Assembly (NCBI GenBank): GCA_963759515.1
Contig: CAVWZR010000004.1
Span: forward strand, 54,674-118,673
From: an uncultured Actinomycetota bacterium
Lineage (GTDB): Bacteria; Actinomycetota; Actinomycetes; Propionibacteriales; Nocardioidaceae
DNA: 64,000 bases
Direction: 5' to 3'
This document shows positions 29,164 through 39,759 of the stretch, in pieces. The position numbers were made by a program, and so were the translations under genes. The first letter of the stretch is position 1; each line of letters begins with the position of its first letter. Below the pieces are notes generated by a model. That model had not been told where the DNA came from. It searched no databases and was given only the letters and a program-made list of their open reading frames with translations.

Positions 29164-29176
29164 AGAGTGGGGCGCG

Positions 29177-30862
29177 ATGTCGTCAGTCTCAGGAGCCAGC
29201 GTCCCCCCCGCCGAGTCGGGCGAGTACTCCCACCGCCAGATCCTCACCATCATCACCGGCCTGATGATGGGCATGTTCCTCGGTGCCCTCGACCAGACGA
29301 TCGTCTCCACCGCGATCCGCACGATCTCCGACGACCTCAACGGTCTCTCGGTGCAGGCCTGGGTCACGACGGCGTACCTCATCACCTCGACGATCACGAC
29401 GCCCATCTACGGCCGGCTCGGCGACATCTACGGTCGCAAGAAGCTGTTCATGTTCGCGATCTCGCTGTTCATCGCCGGTTCGGCACTGTGCTCGTTCGCC
29501 ACGTCGATGTACATGCTGGCCGCGTTCCGCGCCGTCCAGGGCCTCGGCGCAGGCGGTCTGTTCACCCTCGTGCTGGCGATCATCGGCGACATCGTGTCGC
29601 CGCGCGAGCGTGCCCGCTACACCGGCTACTTCATGGCGACGTTCGGTACGTCGAGCGTCCTCGGCCCGGTGATCGGCGGGTTCTTCGCCTCGCACGGCGT
29701 GATCCTCGGCCTGACCGGATGGCGCTGGGTGTTCCTGGTCAACGTACCGATCGGCATCGCGGCGCTCTTCGTCGTCTATCGCACGCTTCACGTCCATCAC
29801 CAGCGACGCGAGGCCCGCATCGACTGGTGGGGCGCCGTCACGCTGGTCGTCACGCTGGTGCCGCTGCTGACCGTTGCGGAGCAGGGCCGTGAGTGGGGCT
29901 GGGACTCCGGCCGGGCCCTGGCCTGCTACGTGATCGGTGTGGTCGGGCTGGGCGCCTTCTACGCCGTCGAGAGGCGGATGGCCGACAACGCGATGATCCC
30001 GCTCCGCATGTTCCGGCTGCGCCCGGTCGCTGTCGGCATCGCCGCCAACGTGATCACCGGGATGGCGCTCTTCGGCGGGATCTTCGTCCTGCCGCTCTAC
30101 ATGCAGATCGTGCACGGGGCCTCGCCGATGAAGTCCGGCTTCCTGATGCTGCCGATGGTGGTCGGCATGATGAGTGCCTCGATCGTCTCCGGTCAGGTGA
30201 TCTCGCGCACGGGCCGCATCCGCGGGTTCCCGATCTTCGGCTCCGCCCTCGCCGCGGCCGGGCTCCTGGCATTGTCACGCATCGGCGCCGACACGCCGCT
30301 GCTGCTGGTGATGGTCGTGATGCTGCTGCTCGGCTACGGCCTCGGTAACTGCATGCAGCCGCTCCTGCTGATCCTGCAGTCGGCCGTGCCGCCTCGCGAC
30401 ATCGGGGTCGCGACCGCGTCGGCCACCTTCTTCCGGCAGATCGGCGGCACCATCGGTGTCGCGATCTTCCTGTCCATCCTCTTCGGCCAGGTCGGCGGTC
30501 ACATCGGCAACGCCCTCGAGTCCGAGTCACGTGCGCCGGCGTTCCAACAGGCGGTGCAGCACCCGGCCACCCCGCTCGACCAGCAGTTCGCCGAGTCCTT
30601 CCAGAACGGGCACGGCACGTTCCTCACCCAGGCCACCGACGACTCGTCGTTCATCCAGAAGCTCTCACCGGTCCTCGCCCACCCGTTCAAGGTCGGCTTC
30701 TCCGAGGCGATGGACACCGTCTTCCTGTTCGCCGGCCTCGTCGGCGTCCTGGCCTTCCTCACGCTGCTGCTGATGCCGAAGGTCGAGCTCCGCGAGACCT
30801 CGGCCAGTGCCGCCGTGAGGTCGGAGGCGGCACCGACGGCGCCGGTGACGGACCAGGTCTGA
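29177..30862 (+). CDS. MFS drug:H+ antiporter, EmrB/QacA (DHA2) family
   Basis: LDQTIVSTA, GRLGDIYGRK, WRWVFLVNVPIG; about 14 TMs. Confidence 0.93.
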   Translation: MSSVSGASVPPAESGEYSHRQILTIITGLMMGMFLGALDQTIVSTAIRTISDDLNGLSVQAWVTTAYLITSTITTPIYGRLGDIYGRKKLFMFAISLFIAGSALCSFATSMYMLAAFRAVQGLGAGGLFTLVLAIIGDIVSPRERARYTGYFMATFGTSSVLGPVIGGFFASHGVILGLTGWRWVFLVNVPIGIAALFVVYRTLHVHHQRREARIDWWGAVTLVVTLVPLLTVAEQGREWGWDSGRALACYVIGVVGLGAFYAVERRMADNAMIPLRMFRLRPVAVGIAANVITGMALFGGIFVLPLYMQIVHGASPMKSGFLMLPMVVGMMSASIVSGQVISRTGRIRGFPIFGSALAAAGLLALSRIGADTPLLLVMVVMLLLGYGLGNCMQPLLLILQSAVPPRDIGVATASATFFRQIGGTIGVAIFLSILFGQVGGHIGNALESESRAPAFQQAVQHPATPLDQQFAESFQNGHGTFLTQATDDSSFIQKLSPVLAHPFKVGFSEAMDTVFLFAGLVGVLAFLTLLLMPKVELRETSASAAVRSEAAPTAPVTDQV

Positions 30863-30974
30863 CCGTCCGCAATCCGTCACCTCCGCCTCTGTGCGGCCGA
30901 GCACGCGGGTGCCACCATGGACGCCTGGCCCTACCAGCGTCTCGGGTCCGGGGCCACCGACATCGGAGGCGCTC

Positions 30975-31890
30975 ATGGACCTGAACACCCTGTACCACCG
31001 CACGGTCGAGGCGTGGGCCGACCGGGTGAACGCCGTCGACCCCGGCCAGTGGGACGACCCGACGCCCTGCCGCGACTGGACGGTGCGCGACCTGGTCAAC
31101 CACGTCGTCGGCGAGGACGCCTGGACCGTGCCGCTCGTCGAGGGGAAGACGATCGCGGACGTCGGCAGCACGCTGGACGGAGACCTGCTCGGTGACGACC
31201 CGGTGCGCGCCGCGCTCGATGCCGCCATGGCGGCGACCACCGTGACGGCCGAGAAGCTACCCGGCGGGAGGGACGGTCCAGCTGTCGTACGGCGAGGAGC
31301 AGCTGCCCGAGTACGTCCACCAGCTCGCCGCCGACCACCTCGTCCACGCCTGGGACCTCGCGGTGGCGACGGGCGGTGACACACGCCTCGACCCGCACCT
31401 GGTCAGCGAGGTGCACGCCTGGTTCTCCGAGCGCGAGCAGATGTATCGCTCCGGCGGGGCGATCGGACCGCGCGGCGTCTCGCACGGCGGGGCGCAGGGC
31501 GACCTGCTCGCGGCGTTCGGACGTGACTCCGAGTGGGGGTCCGTGCACGCCGGGCTGGCGAGGTTCTCCGCTGCCTTCGGCAGCGGAGACGTCGACGCGA
31601 TCATGGCGCTGATGACCGACGACTGCGTCTTCGAGGCCACCGGGCCGGCTCCGGACGGCGTACGCCAGGAGGGTGCGGACGCCGTGCGTGCGGTGTGGGA
31701 CGACGTGTTCGGCAACACGCCAGAGGCGGCGTTCTCCGAGGAGGAGTCGTTCGTCTGTGGTGACCGCGGCGTGCTGCGTTGGCGCTTCGACTGGGCCGGT
31801 GACGACGGGCCGGGGCACGTGCGGGGGGCCGACGTGCTCCGGTTCCGCGACGGCAAGGTCTGCGAGAAGCTCTCCTACGTCAAGGGCTGA
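30975..31890 (+). pseudogene. TIGR03086-like domain fused to an NTF2/SnoaL-like domain, one frameshift
   Basis: TPCRDWTVRDLVNH. Removing one base near 31261-31272 continues TVQLSYGEEQLPEYVHQLAADHLVHAWDLA into AFGSGDVDAIMALMTDDCVF...GADVLRFRDGKV. Confidence 0.75.
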
Positions 31891-31934
31891 CACGTCGCCG
31901 GTCGAGCGCCGTCGGCTGTGTTTGGATGTTCGCC

Positions 31935-32144
31935 ATGAGTAGCTCGGACTCGATCGACGCACCCGACCCCGTTCCCGACCAGCCGGAGCACTCCTCGGAT
32001 CTCGATCCTGCGATCGCGGAGGCCGTCGACGGCGTGACGAACAGGTTCGGCGCCGAGGGCCTCGAGCAGATGATCGGGTACGCCGAGCAGCGACTCGCCG
32101 AGGCGCGGGCCGCCCTCGACGAGCTCGCCCAGTCGGTCGACTAG
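31935..32144 (+). CDS. Small acidic hypothetical protein
   Basis: 69 aa ORF filling the intergenic gap, with plausible codon usage; start uncertain (31926 or 31935). Confidence 0.55.
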   Translation: MSSSDSIDAPDPVPDQPEHSSDLDPAIAEAVDGVTNRFGAEGLEQMIGYAEQRLAEARAALDELAQSVD

Positions 32145-32161
32145 CGCGCAGGTCTTGCGCA

Positions 32162-33244
32162 TCAGGGCTGGATCGACACCACGACGAACGTCGCCAGCAG
32201 GACCAGGTGCAGGGCCCCCTGGAGGGGCTTCGACCGACCGGGAACGACCGTCAGCACGCCCACGAGTGCACTGAGGAACAACAACACGAGCTGGGTCGAC
32301 TCGAGGCCGAGCGTGAGCGGGCCGTCCAGCCAGATCTTGGCGACCGCGATCACCGGCACCGTCAGCCCGATCGAGGCGATGGCCGACCCGTAGGCGAGGT
32401 TGAGCGACACCTGCACGCGGTCACGAGCGGCTGCGCGGACGGCGGCAATGCCCTCGGGAAGCAGGACGAGCGTGGCGATCACGACGCCCACGAACGCGTG
32501 TGGCAGCCCGGCGTTGTCGACGGCCTTCTCGAGGGGGTGCGACTCGACCTTCGCCAGTCCGACGACGGCCACGAGTGCGACGGCGAGCAGGACCGTGCTC
32601 GTCCGGGCCTCACCCCGGGTGGGCGGGTCGGCGTGCTCGGCGTCGTCCGCCGGTCCCGGTTCGCCGGTGTCGGGTGGCAGGAAGAAGTCGCGATGACGGA
32701 CGGTCTGGGTGAAGACGAAGACCAGGTAGACCGCGAGCGACGCCAACGCCGCGAACGTGAGCTGGCCCGATGTGAACTCCGGACCCGGGTGGCTGACCGT
32801 GAACGCCGGCAGGACCAGCGTCAGCCCGGCGAGCGTGATCACCGTGGCGAGGGCCGACCCGGTGCCTTCCGGGTTGAACACCGCAAGGTGGTGCTTGAGG
32901 GCAGCGACCAGCAGCGAGAGTCCGACGATGCCGTTGAGGCTCAGCATGACCGCGGCGAACACGGTGTCCCGGGCCAGGGTGGAGGTGTCCTTCTCGCCGC
33001 CGACCATCAGGGTCACGATCAGCGCGACCTCGATCACGGTCACCGCGACCGCCAGCACCAGGGACCCGAGCGGGTCGCCGACGCGGTGGGCGACGACCTC
33101 GGCGTGGTGGACGGCGGCGAGGACCGCGGCGACCAGGAACACCGCGACGATCGCGACGCCGACCGGCCCCTCGGGATGGGTCAGCCAGCCGATGACGAGG
33201 ACCACCAGCGCGAGTGGCGGGAGATAGGTCGTCCACCGGCTCAC
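32162..33244 (-). CDS. chaA: Ca2+/H+ antiporter (ChaA/CaCA family)
   Basis: AVHHAEVVAHRVG, VTVIEVALI, LLPEGIAA, GSAIASIGLT. Confidence 0.9.
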   Translation of the reverse strand: MSRWTTYLPPLALVVLVIGWLTHPEGPVGVAIVAVFLVAAVLAAVHHAEVVAHRVGDPLGSLVLAVAVTVIEVALIVTLMVGGEKDTSTLARDTVFAAVMLSLNGIVGLSLLVAALKHHLAVFNPEGTGSALATVITLAGLTLVLPAFTVSHPGPEFTSGQLTFAALASLAVYLVFVFTQTVRHRDFFLPPDTGEPGPADDAEHADPPTRGEARTSTVLLAVALVAVVGLAKVESHPLEKAVDNAGLPHAFVGVVIATLVLLPEGIAAVRAAARDRVQVSLNLAYGSAIASIGLTVPVIAVAKIWLDGPLTLGLESTQLVLLFLSALVGVLTVVPGRSKPLQGALHLVLLATFVVVSIQP

Positions 33245-33319
33245 ACGCCTGACCCTAGGGGGTCGACGAGCGGCCTTCTGGATGCCGGGGCGCGGGCCGG
33301 GTGGCCGTAGGCTGGCCGG

Positions 33320-35260
33320 ATGTCCGCGAGCGTCTTCCCCCGGCTCGAGCCTCGGTTGCCGTCGGTGTCCAAGCCGATCCAGTACGTCGGTGGCGAGCTG
33401 AACTCCACGGTCAAGGAGTGGGAGTCGGTCGAGGTTCGCTGGGCGTTGATGTATCCCGACGCCTACGAGGTCGGGCTGCCCAACCAGGGTGTCCAGATCC
33501 TCTACGAGGTGCTCAACGAGCGTGACTGGATCCTCGCCGAGCGGTCGTACGCCGTGTGGCCGGACATGGAGCAGGTGATGCGCGAGGACGGCATCCCGCA
33601 GTTCACGGTCGACGCCCATCGACCGGTGCGTGACTTCGACGTGTTCGGGATCAGCTTCTCCACCGAGCTCGGCTACACGAACCTCCTCAACGCCCTCGAC
33701 CTCGCCGGCATCCCGCTGCGCGCGGTCGACCGTGGCGACGACGACCCGGTCGTCCTCGCGGGTGGCCACGCGGCGTTCAATCCCGAGCCGATCGCCGACT
33801 ACCTCGACGCGGCCGTGCTCGGCGACGGCGAGGAGGTCGTGCTGGCGATCTCCGAGGTCGTGCGCGAGTGGAAGGGCGAGGGCAGCCCGGGCGGTCGCGA
33901 CGAGCTGCTGCGGCGTCTCGCGGTCTCCGAGAACGTCTACGTCCCGAAGTTCTACGACGTCACGTACGCCGCCGACGGCACCATCGAGGCGGTCGTGCCG
34001 AACCGTCCCGGCATCCCGTTCCGCGTCCGCAAGCACACCTTGATGGACCTCGACCAGTGGCCCTATCCGTCCAAGCCGCTGGTGCCGCTGGCCGAGACCG
34101 TGCACGAGCGGTTCAGCGTCGAGATCTTCCGCGGCTGCACCCGCGGCTGCCGCTTCTGCCAGGCCGGGATGATCACCCGCCCGGTGCGCGAGCGCTCGAT
34201 CGAGACCATCGGCTCGATGGTCGAGACCGGCCTCCGGCGCTCGGGCTTCGAGGAGGTCGGTCTGCTCTCGTTGTCGAGCGCCGACCACACCGAGATCGCC
34301 GAGGTCGCGAAGGGCCTCGCCGATCGCTACGAAGGGTCGAACGTCTCCCTGTCACTCCCGTCGACCCGCGTCGACGCCTTCAACATCACGCTGGCCAACG
34401 AGTTCTCGCGCAACGGGCGGCGCTCCGGTCTGACGTTCGCCCCTGAGGGTGGCAGCACGCGGATGCGGAAGGTGATCAACAAGGCCGTCGACGAGGACGA
34501 CCTGATCCGTACCGTGGGGGCGGCGTACTCCAACGGCTGGCGCCAGGTGAAGCTCTACTTCATGTGCGGGCTCCCGACGGAGACCGACGACGACGTGCTC
34601 GAGATCGCCGACCTCGCGACCAAGGTGATCGCCAAGGGTCGTGAGGTCACGGGCCACAACGACATCCGGTGCACGGTCTCGATCGGGGGGTTCGTGCCCA
34701 AGCCGCACACGCCCTTCCAGTGGGCCTCGCAGCTCGACCACGAGACCACCGACGAACGGCTCAAGAAGCTGCGCGACGTCGTACGCGCCGACAAGAGATA
34801 CGGCCGCGCCATCGGTTTCCGCTACCACGACGGCAAGCCCGGGATCGTCGAAGGACTGCTGTCCCGCGGCGACCGTCGCGTCGGGCGGATCATCGAGGAG
34901 GTCTGGCGCGACGGCGGCCGGTTCGACGGCTGGAGCGAGCACTTCTCCTATGACCGCTGGCTGGCGGCCTCCGAGCGCGCGCTCGAGGGCACCGGCGTCG
35001 ACCTCGACTGGTACACCGTCCGCGAGCGCGGGTACGACGAGGTCCTGCCCTGGGACCACCTCGACTCCGGCCTCGACAAGGACTGGCTCTGGTCCGACTG
35101 GGAGGACGCGCTCGCCGTCGCCGAGAACCCCGACGCCCTGCCCGATGTCGAGGACTGCCGTTGGACGCCGTGCTACGACTGCGGTGTCTGCCCCGAGATG
35201 GACACGGAGATCCAGATCGGTCCCACCGGACGGAGCCTGCTGCCGCTCAGCGTGCTCTGA
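33320..35260 (+). CDS. TIGR03960-family B12-binding radical SAM protein
   Basis: YPDAYEVGLPN, CTRGCRFC (CxxxCxxC), C-terminal CYDCGVC. Confidence 0.94.
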   Translation: MSASVFPRLEPRLPSVSKPIQYVGGELNSTVKEWESVEVRWALMYPDAYEVGLPNQGVQILYEVLNERDWILAERSYAVWPDMEQVMREDGIPQFTVDAHRPVRDFDVFGISFSTELGYTNLLNALDLAGIPLRAVDRGDDDPVVLAGGHAAFNPEPIADYLDAAVLGDGEEVVLAISEVVREWKGEGSPGGRDELLRRLAVSENVYVPKFYDVTYAADGTIEAVVPNRPGIPFRVRKHTLMDLDQWPYPSKPLVPLAETVHERFSVEIFRGCTRGCRFCQAGMITRPVRERSIETIGSMVETGLRRSGFEEVGLLSLSSADHTEIAEVAKGLADRYEGSNVSLSLPSTRVDAFNITLANEFSRNGRRSGLTFAPEGGSTRMRKVINKAVDEDDLIRTVGAAYSNGWRQVKLYFMCGLPTETDDDVLEIADLATKVIAKGREVTGHNDIRCTVSIGGFVPKPHTPFQWASQLDHETTDERLKKLRDVVRADKRYGRAIGFRYHDGKPGIVEGLLSRGDRRVGRIIEEVWRDGGRFDGWSEHFSYDRWLAASERALEGTGVDLDWYTVRERGYDEVLPWDHLDSGLDKDWLWSDWEDALAVAENPDALPDVEDCRWTPCYDCGVCPEMDTEIQIGPTGRSLLPLSVL

Positions 35261-35345
35261 GCACGCGCATGTCACACGGAGCTGTTGCTCGCCGGTGCGA
35301 TCAAGAAGCGCCTGGTCCGAACGCTCGACCGACGCCGCGGAGGAC

Positions 35346-36260
35346 TCAGGCACAGCTGCTCGCCGTCTCCTCGACGATCTCGGCCTCGACCGGTTGCTGC
35401 GGGCGGCCACCGCGGTTGACGAGGAAGGAGCCGGTGACGACGAGGACGAAGCCGACGACCGTCCAGACGGTGACGGGCTCGTCGAGGACGAGAGCGCCGG
35501 CGACCACGGCCACGGCCGGGTTGAGGTAGGTGATGGTCGTGGCGCGGACCGGGCCGACCTCGTTGACCAGGGCGAAGAGCAGCATGAACGCCGCTGCGGT
35601 GCAGATGACCGCGAGCGTGACCACCGACCAGACGACCTTGCCGGACGGAAGGGGTCCGGGCGGGCCGTCGGCGACCAGCACGATCGGGACGTAGGCGAGC
35701 GCCGTGATCGTCAGGGCGCCGGCCATGATGCCGATGCCGGGCAGACCCTTGAGGGGACGGCTCAGGATGGCTGGGCCGGCGGCGTACCCGATCACCACGA
35801 GCCCCACCTCACCCACGGCGCCGAGGTCGGACCCCGCGACGTCCAGACCGACGAGGGCGCCGACACCGATGATCCCGAGCGACAGGCCGAGCCAGGCGAC
35901 CGGCGCCAGGCGCTCGGCGCGCCCCGTCGCGAAGGCGATCGCGAGGCCGGCCAGCGGCACCGCGGCGATGAGCAGCCCCGTCGTCGAGCTCGGGAGCCGT
36001 GTCTCGGCACTCCCGAGCAGGACCCACGGTCCGGCGATCTCGATGCCCGCGAAGAACAGCATCCAGTGCCAGTACGGCAGGAGCGGTCGTACGGCGTTCT
36101 TGGCGATGGCGATCGGCAGCAGGATCAGAGCCGCGAGGCCGGTGCGGGCGAGCACGAGCTCGGCGGGAGAGATCTCGTCGACGGCGACCTTGATCAGCAG
36201 GTAGGGGATGCCCCAGGCCACGCCGAGGGCGAGGAACAACAGGGCTGCGCGTCGAGGCAC
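35346..36260 (-). CDS. EamA/DMT family transporter
   Basis: WGIPYLLIKVA, YLNPAVAV; 10 TMs. Confidence 0.9.
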   Translation of the reverse strand: MPRRAALLFLALGVAWGIPYLLIKVAVDEISPAELVLARTGLAALILLPIAIAKNAVRPLLPYWHWMLFFAGIEIAGPWVLLGSAETRLPSSTTGLLIAAVPLAGLAIAFATGRAERLAPVAWLGLSLGIIGVGALVGLDVAGSDLGAVGEVGLVVIGYAAGPAILSRPLKGLPGIGIMAGALTITALAYVPIVLVADGPPGPLPSGKVVWSVVTLAVICTAAAFMLLFALVNEVGPVRATTITYLNPAVAVVAGALVLDEPVTVWTVVGFVLVVTGSFLVNRGGRPQQPVEAEIVEETASSCA

Positions 36261-36319
36261 GAGGTCATCGTGCCCGATGCCGCCGACTCACCGGCGCCTG
36301 TCCCAGCCGATGGCTCGTA

Positions 36320-37248
36320 TCAGCGCGTGCACCGGCGCGGGAGGAGCGCGAGCTCGGTGAACACCGACCGGTGGTCGCTGGACGCCGACGGACGTGCCCG
36401 CGTGCTGCCGGGCACGACGACGAAGGCGTCGTCGTAGAGCACGTAGTCGAACCGGTTCTGCGGGGCGGACTCGGGGACCGTGTCGCCGTCCCCGGTGCCT
36501 CCCTCCTCCTGGGCATCCAGCAGGAACTGCCGCAGGATCCGCATCGGTACGTCGTCGGGCAACGAGTTGAGATCGCCGGCCACGATCGTGGGCTGCGCTC
36601 GCGTGCCTCAGCGCGTCCGCGACCGCTTCTGCCTGGCGGGTCCGGCTGGGCCCGCCGTCGTCGCCGTCGGTCAGGTGCGTCGACGAGAACGCGATGGTTC
36701 GCCCAGCCGACCCGGAGCGTCGCGGTCAGCAGCCCGCGCGGCTCGAGCCGGCCGCTCACCGGCAGCCGGTGGTTGGTGCTGTGCAGCACGGGGAACCGGG
36801 TCAGGATCGCGTTGCCGAACAGGCCTCCCTGCCAGGTCAGGTTGGGCCCGTAGATAGCCCGGAGACCGGTCGCCGCCGCCAGCTCCTCGGCCTCGTCGGC
36901 GCCACCACTGCGCTGCGTCCCCTGGTCGACCTCGTTGAGGCTCACCAGGTCGGGGTGCTCCGCCTCGATCTCGGCCGCGAGCGTCTGCAGGTCGAGGTGG
37001 CGGTGGGCGTTGAGCCCGAAGTGGATGTTGAACTGCAGCACCCGCAGGATCTGCCCGTCGTCGGGCGAGCAGGTCGCGTCACGGACGGCCGGCTCGAGCA
37101 CGGGCTTCAGGCCGTGCGGGGCGGGGTCGTCGCCGGAGTGACCGGAGTGCCAGACCGCGACCACCAGCACGCCGACGAGACCCAGGGCAGAGATCGCCGC
37201 GACCCAGCGGGCACGGCGTGAAGACCAGGGTCCGGGGTCGTCCGGCAC
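36320..37248 (-). pseudogene. Endonuclease/exonuclease/phosphatase (EEP) family protein, two frameshifts
   Basis: LQFNIH, LNEVD, GNAILT. Removing bases near 36705 and 36596 restores STHL, AGDLN, RFDYV, SDHR. Confidence 0.75.
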
Positions 37249-37272
37249 GTGACCACTGTGCCCGACGGGCGG

Positions 37273-38464
37273 TCACGAGCGGGGTCGGCGCAGCTGGTCC
37301 TCGAGGTACGCCGGGCGGCCGACGTAGGCGCCGGCGGCCATGAGGGGGATCACCAGGGCGAGCAACAGCCACAGCGACGCGGTCCACGTCCCGGTGGCGT
37401 CGTAGATCGTCCCCACCAGGAAGGGACCGAGCGCCGCCATCAGGTACCCGAGGGACTGGGTGAATCCGGACAGCGCAGCGGTGCCGTCGGGCGTGTGCGC
37501 GCGCAGCCCGATCAGGGTGAGCACGAGCGGGAAGATGCAGCAGCCGACGCCGATCAGCAGCGCCGCGGGGACGGCGAACGTGTGGGCGTCGACCAGGAGC
37601 ATCGCGTAGCCGACGAGGTAGCAGCGCGAGCACCGACAGGATCAGCGTGACCTGGTTGTCGCGCCGGGCCACCGCCCCGGGCAGCCACAGCGAGACCGGG
37701 ATGCTGACGGCCGCGACGATGCCGACGAACGCGCCGGCCTGCCCGGCGTCGTACCCGTTGTCACGCCAGAGCTGGGAGAACCACCCGAAGATCGAGTACG
37801 CCTGCATCGACTGGAGCCCGAAGACCAGGACCATGGCCCAGCCGATCCGGGTCCGCGCCACGTCGGCGAACGAGATGCTGCGGGTCACCCGCTCGAGGTG
37901 ACGGTCGTGCGTGGCCAGGGCGACCCACGGGACGAGAGCCACGAGAGCGGTCACGGCCCAGACGCCCAACCCGCCACGCCAGCTGTCGTAGGCGTCCGAG
38001 ATCGGCACCGTCAGGAGGAAGGCGCAGGTGAGCCCGGTCGCGAGGGCGGTGGTGTAGACGGAGGTCGCCTGTCCGATCCGGTCGGGAAAGTGCAGCTTGA
38101 CCAGCGAGGGGAGCAGCACGTTCGCGGTGGCCATGCCGGCCAGCGCGACCGCCGACAGCAGCAGGAACGTGATGTCGCGGTCCGCCGCCGCGCGGCCTCC
38201 CAGACCGATGACGACGGCGACCAGCGAGGCGGCCGCGGCGCGGTGGACGCCGACGGTGCGGGCGAGCCTCGGAGCCAGGGCACCGAACACGGCGAACGCG
38301 AGCACCGGCAGCGACGTGAGGAGCCCCGCCTCGGGCCCGGACATCCCCAGGGCGTTGCGGACCTCCTTGAGCACCGGGCCGACGCTGACGGCGGCCGGCC
38401 GCAGGTTGAAGGAGAGGAGGATGAGCCCGGCCAGCACGAGCGCGGTACGACGGGTGGCGGACAC
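37273..38464 (-). pseudogene. CynX/NimT-family MFS transporter, one frameshift
   Basis: SFNLRPAAVSVGPVL, NVLLPSLVK, LSGFTQSLGY; extra base near 37624. Confidence 0.8.
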
Positions 38465-38553
38465 TCCGCGGATCCTCGCACCCGCGCAGGATCGCGTCAG
38501 CATCGGGAGGGAGGTCTCGGATCGATGTCGGACGCCTCGTGCAGGATGGCCGG

Positions 38554-39750
38554 GTGAGCGATCGGACGGGCGAGCCGGTGCGGCACGTCGATGACGCCGA
38601 ACGCTGTGCGCGGCTCGGCGTGCGCCACGCGCTGGCGGCCCCGGTCGCCGACACCCTGGCCGCCACCCGAGCGGTGACCTGCCTGCACGCGACCGAGCCG
38701 GCCTCGGTCCACCTGGCGGCATGGGCGAGATCCGGCGCGAGCCGCGCGGAGGTCGACGAGGCTCTCTACGCCGACCGCTCGATCGTCAAGCAGCTCGCGA
38801 TGCGTCGCACCGTCTTCGCGTTCCCACGCGAGCTCCTGCCGGCGGTGTGGGGGAGTGCCAGCGCCCGCGTCGCCGACCAGCAGCTGAAGCGGATGGCCAA
38901 GGAGATGCAGGCGGCCGGCATCGCTCCGGACGGCGAAGCCTGGGCCGCCGAGCACGTCGCACTGGTCCGCCGGATGATCGAGGACGACGGTCCCCTCACC
39001 ACGTCCGAGGTGCGTGCGGCCCTGCCGGCCCTCGACGCGCGGGTCACCCGAGGCAAGGGGCAGTACCAAGCAGACGTCGCCGTGGCCGCATCGGTGATCG
39101 TGACCCTCGCCGCGTCCGGGGCCGTGGTCCGAGGAGAGAACGAAGGCGGTTGGAAGATCTCGCGCCCGCGCTGGACCTCGGCCCGCGCGTGGTTGGGCGA
39201 CGTGCCCGAGCCGCTGCCCGAGTCCGAGGGATACGCCGCGCTGGTGGCGGCCTGGCTCCGGTCCTTCGGTCCGGGCACCGAGGCCGACCTCGTCTGGTGG
39301 CTCGGCTCGACCAAGGCCGCCGTCCGGCGTGCCCTCGCTGATGTCGGAGCCGTCCCCGTGTCCCTGGACGCCGGCGACCCCGGATGGCTCCTCCCGGACG
39401 ACCTCGACCCGGTGACCGCCCCCGGACCGTGGGCGGCCCTGCTGCCCTCGCTCGACCCGTCGACGATGGGGTGGAAGGGTCGCGCCTTCCACCTCGGCGA
39501 CCACCGCGACAAGGTCTTCGACCGCAACGGCAACGGCGGACCGACCGCGTGGTGGAACGGCCGCATCGTCGGCGTCTGGTGCCAACAGCCAGACGGTCGG
39601 GTCGAGGTGGTGCTGGCGGAGGATGTCCCGCGTGCGGGACTCCGCGCACTCGAGGAGAAGGCCGACGAGCTCACGGCCTGGCTCGACGGCGACGTGGTCC
39701 GCTCGATCTACCTCTCACCGCTGGCGCGGCGGCATCTCGCGGGCCACTAG
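38554..39750 (+). CDS. HTH_42 / AlkZ-like DNA glycosylase
   Basis: LHATEPASVHLAAWAR, AMRRTVF, WLRSFGPGT, LLPSLDP, GRIVGVW. Confidence 0.85.
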   Translation: MSDRTGEPVRHVDDAERCARLGVRHALAAPVADTLAATRAVTCLHATEPASVHLAAWARSGASRAEVDEALYADRSIVKQLAMRRTVFAFPRELLPAVWGSASARVADQQLKRMAKEMQAAGIAPDGEAWAAEHVALVRRMIEDDGPLTTSEVRAALPALDARVTRGKGQYQADVAVAASVIVTLAASGAVVRGENEGGWKISRPRWTSARAWLGDVPEPLPESEGYAALVAAWLRSFGPGTEADLVWWLGSTKAAVRRALADVGAVPVSLDAGDPGWLLPDDLDPVTAPGPWAALLPSLDPSTMGWKGRAFHLGDHRDKVFDRNGNGGPTAWWNGRIVGVWCQQPDGRVEVVLAEDVPRAGLRALEEKADELTAWLDGDVVRSIYLSPLARRHLAGH

Positions 39751-39759
39751 CCTGAGCCG

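Noticed and set aside
35261-35345. Coding-like intergenic stretch (TELLLAGAIKKRLVRTLD)
   Set aside because: Too short, with no start or recognisable family; it may be a remnant but cannot be supported.
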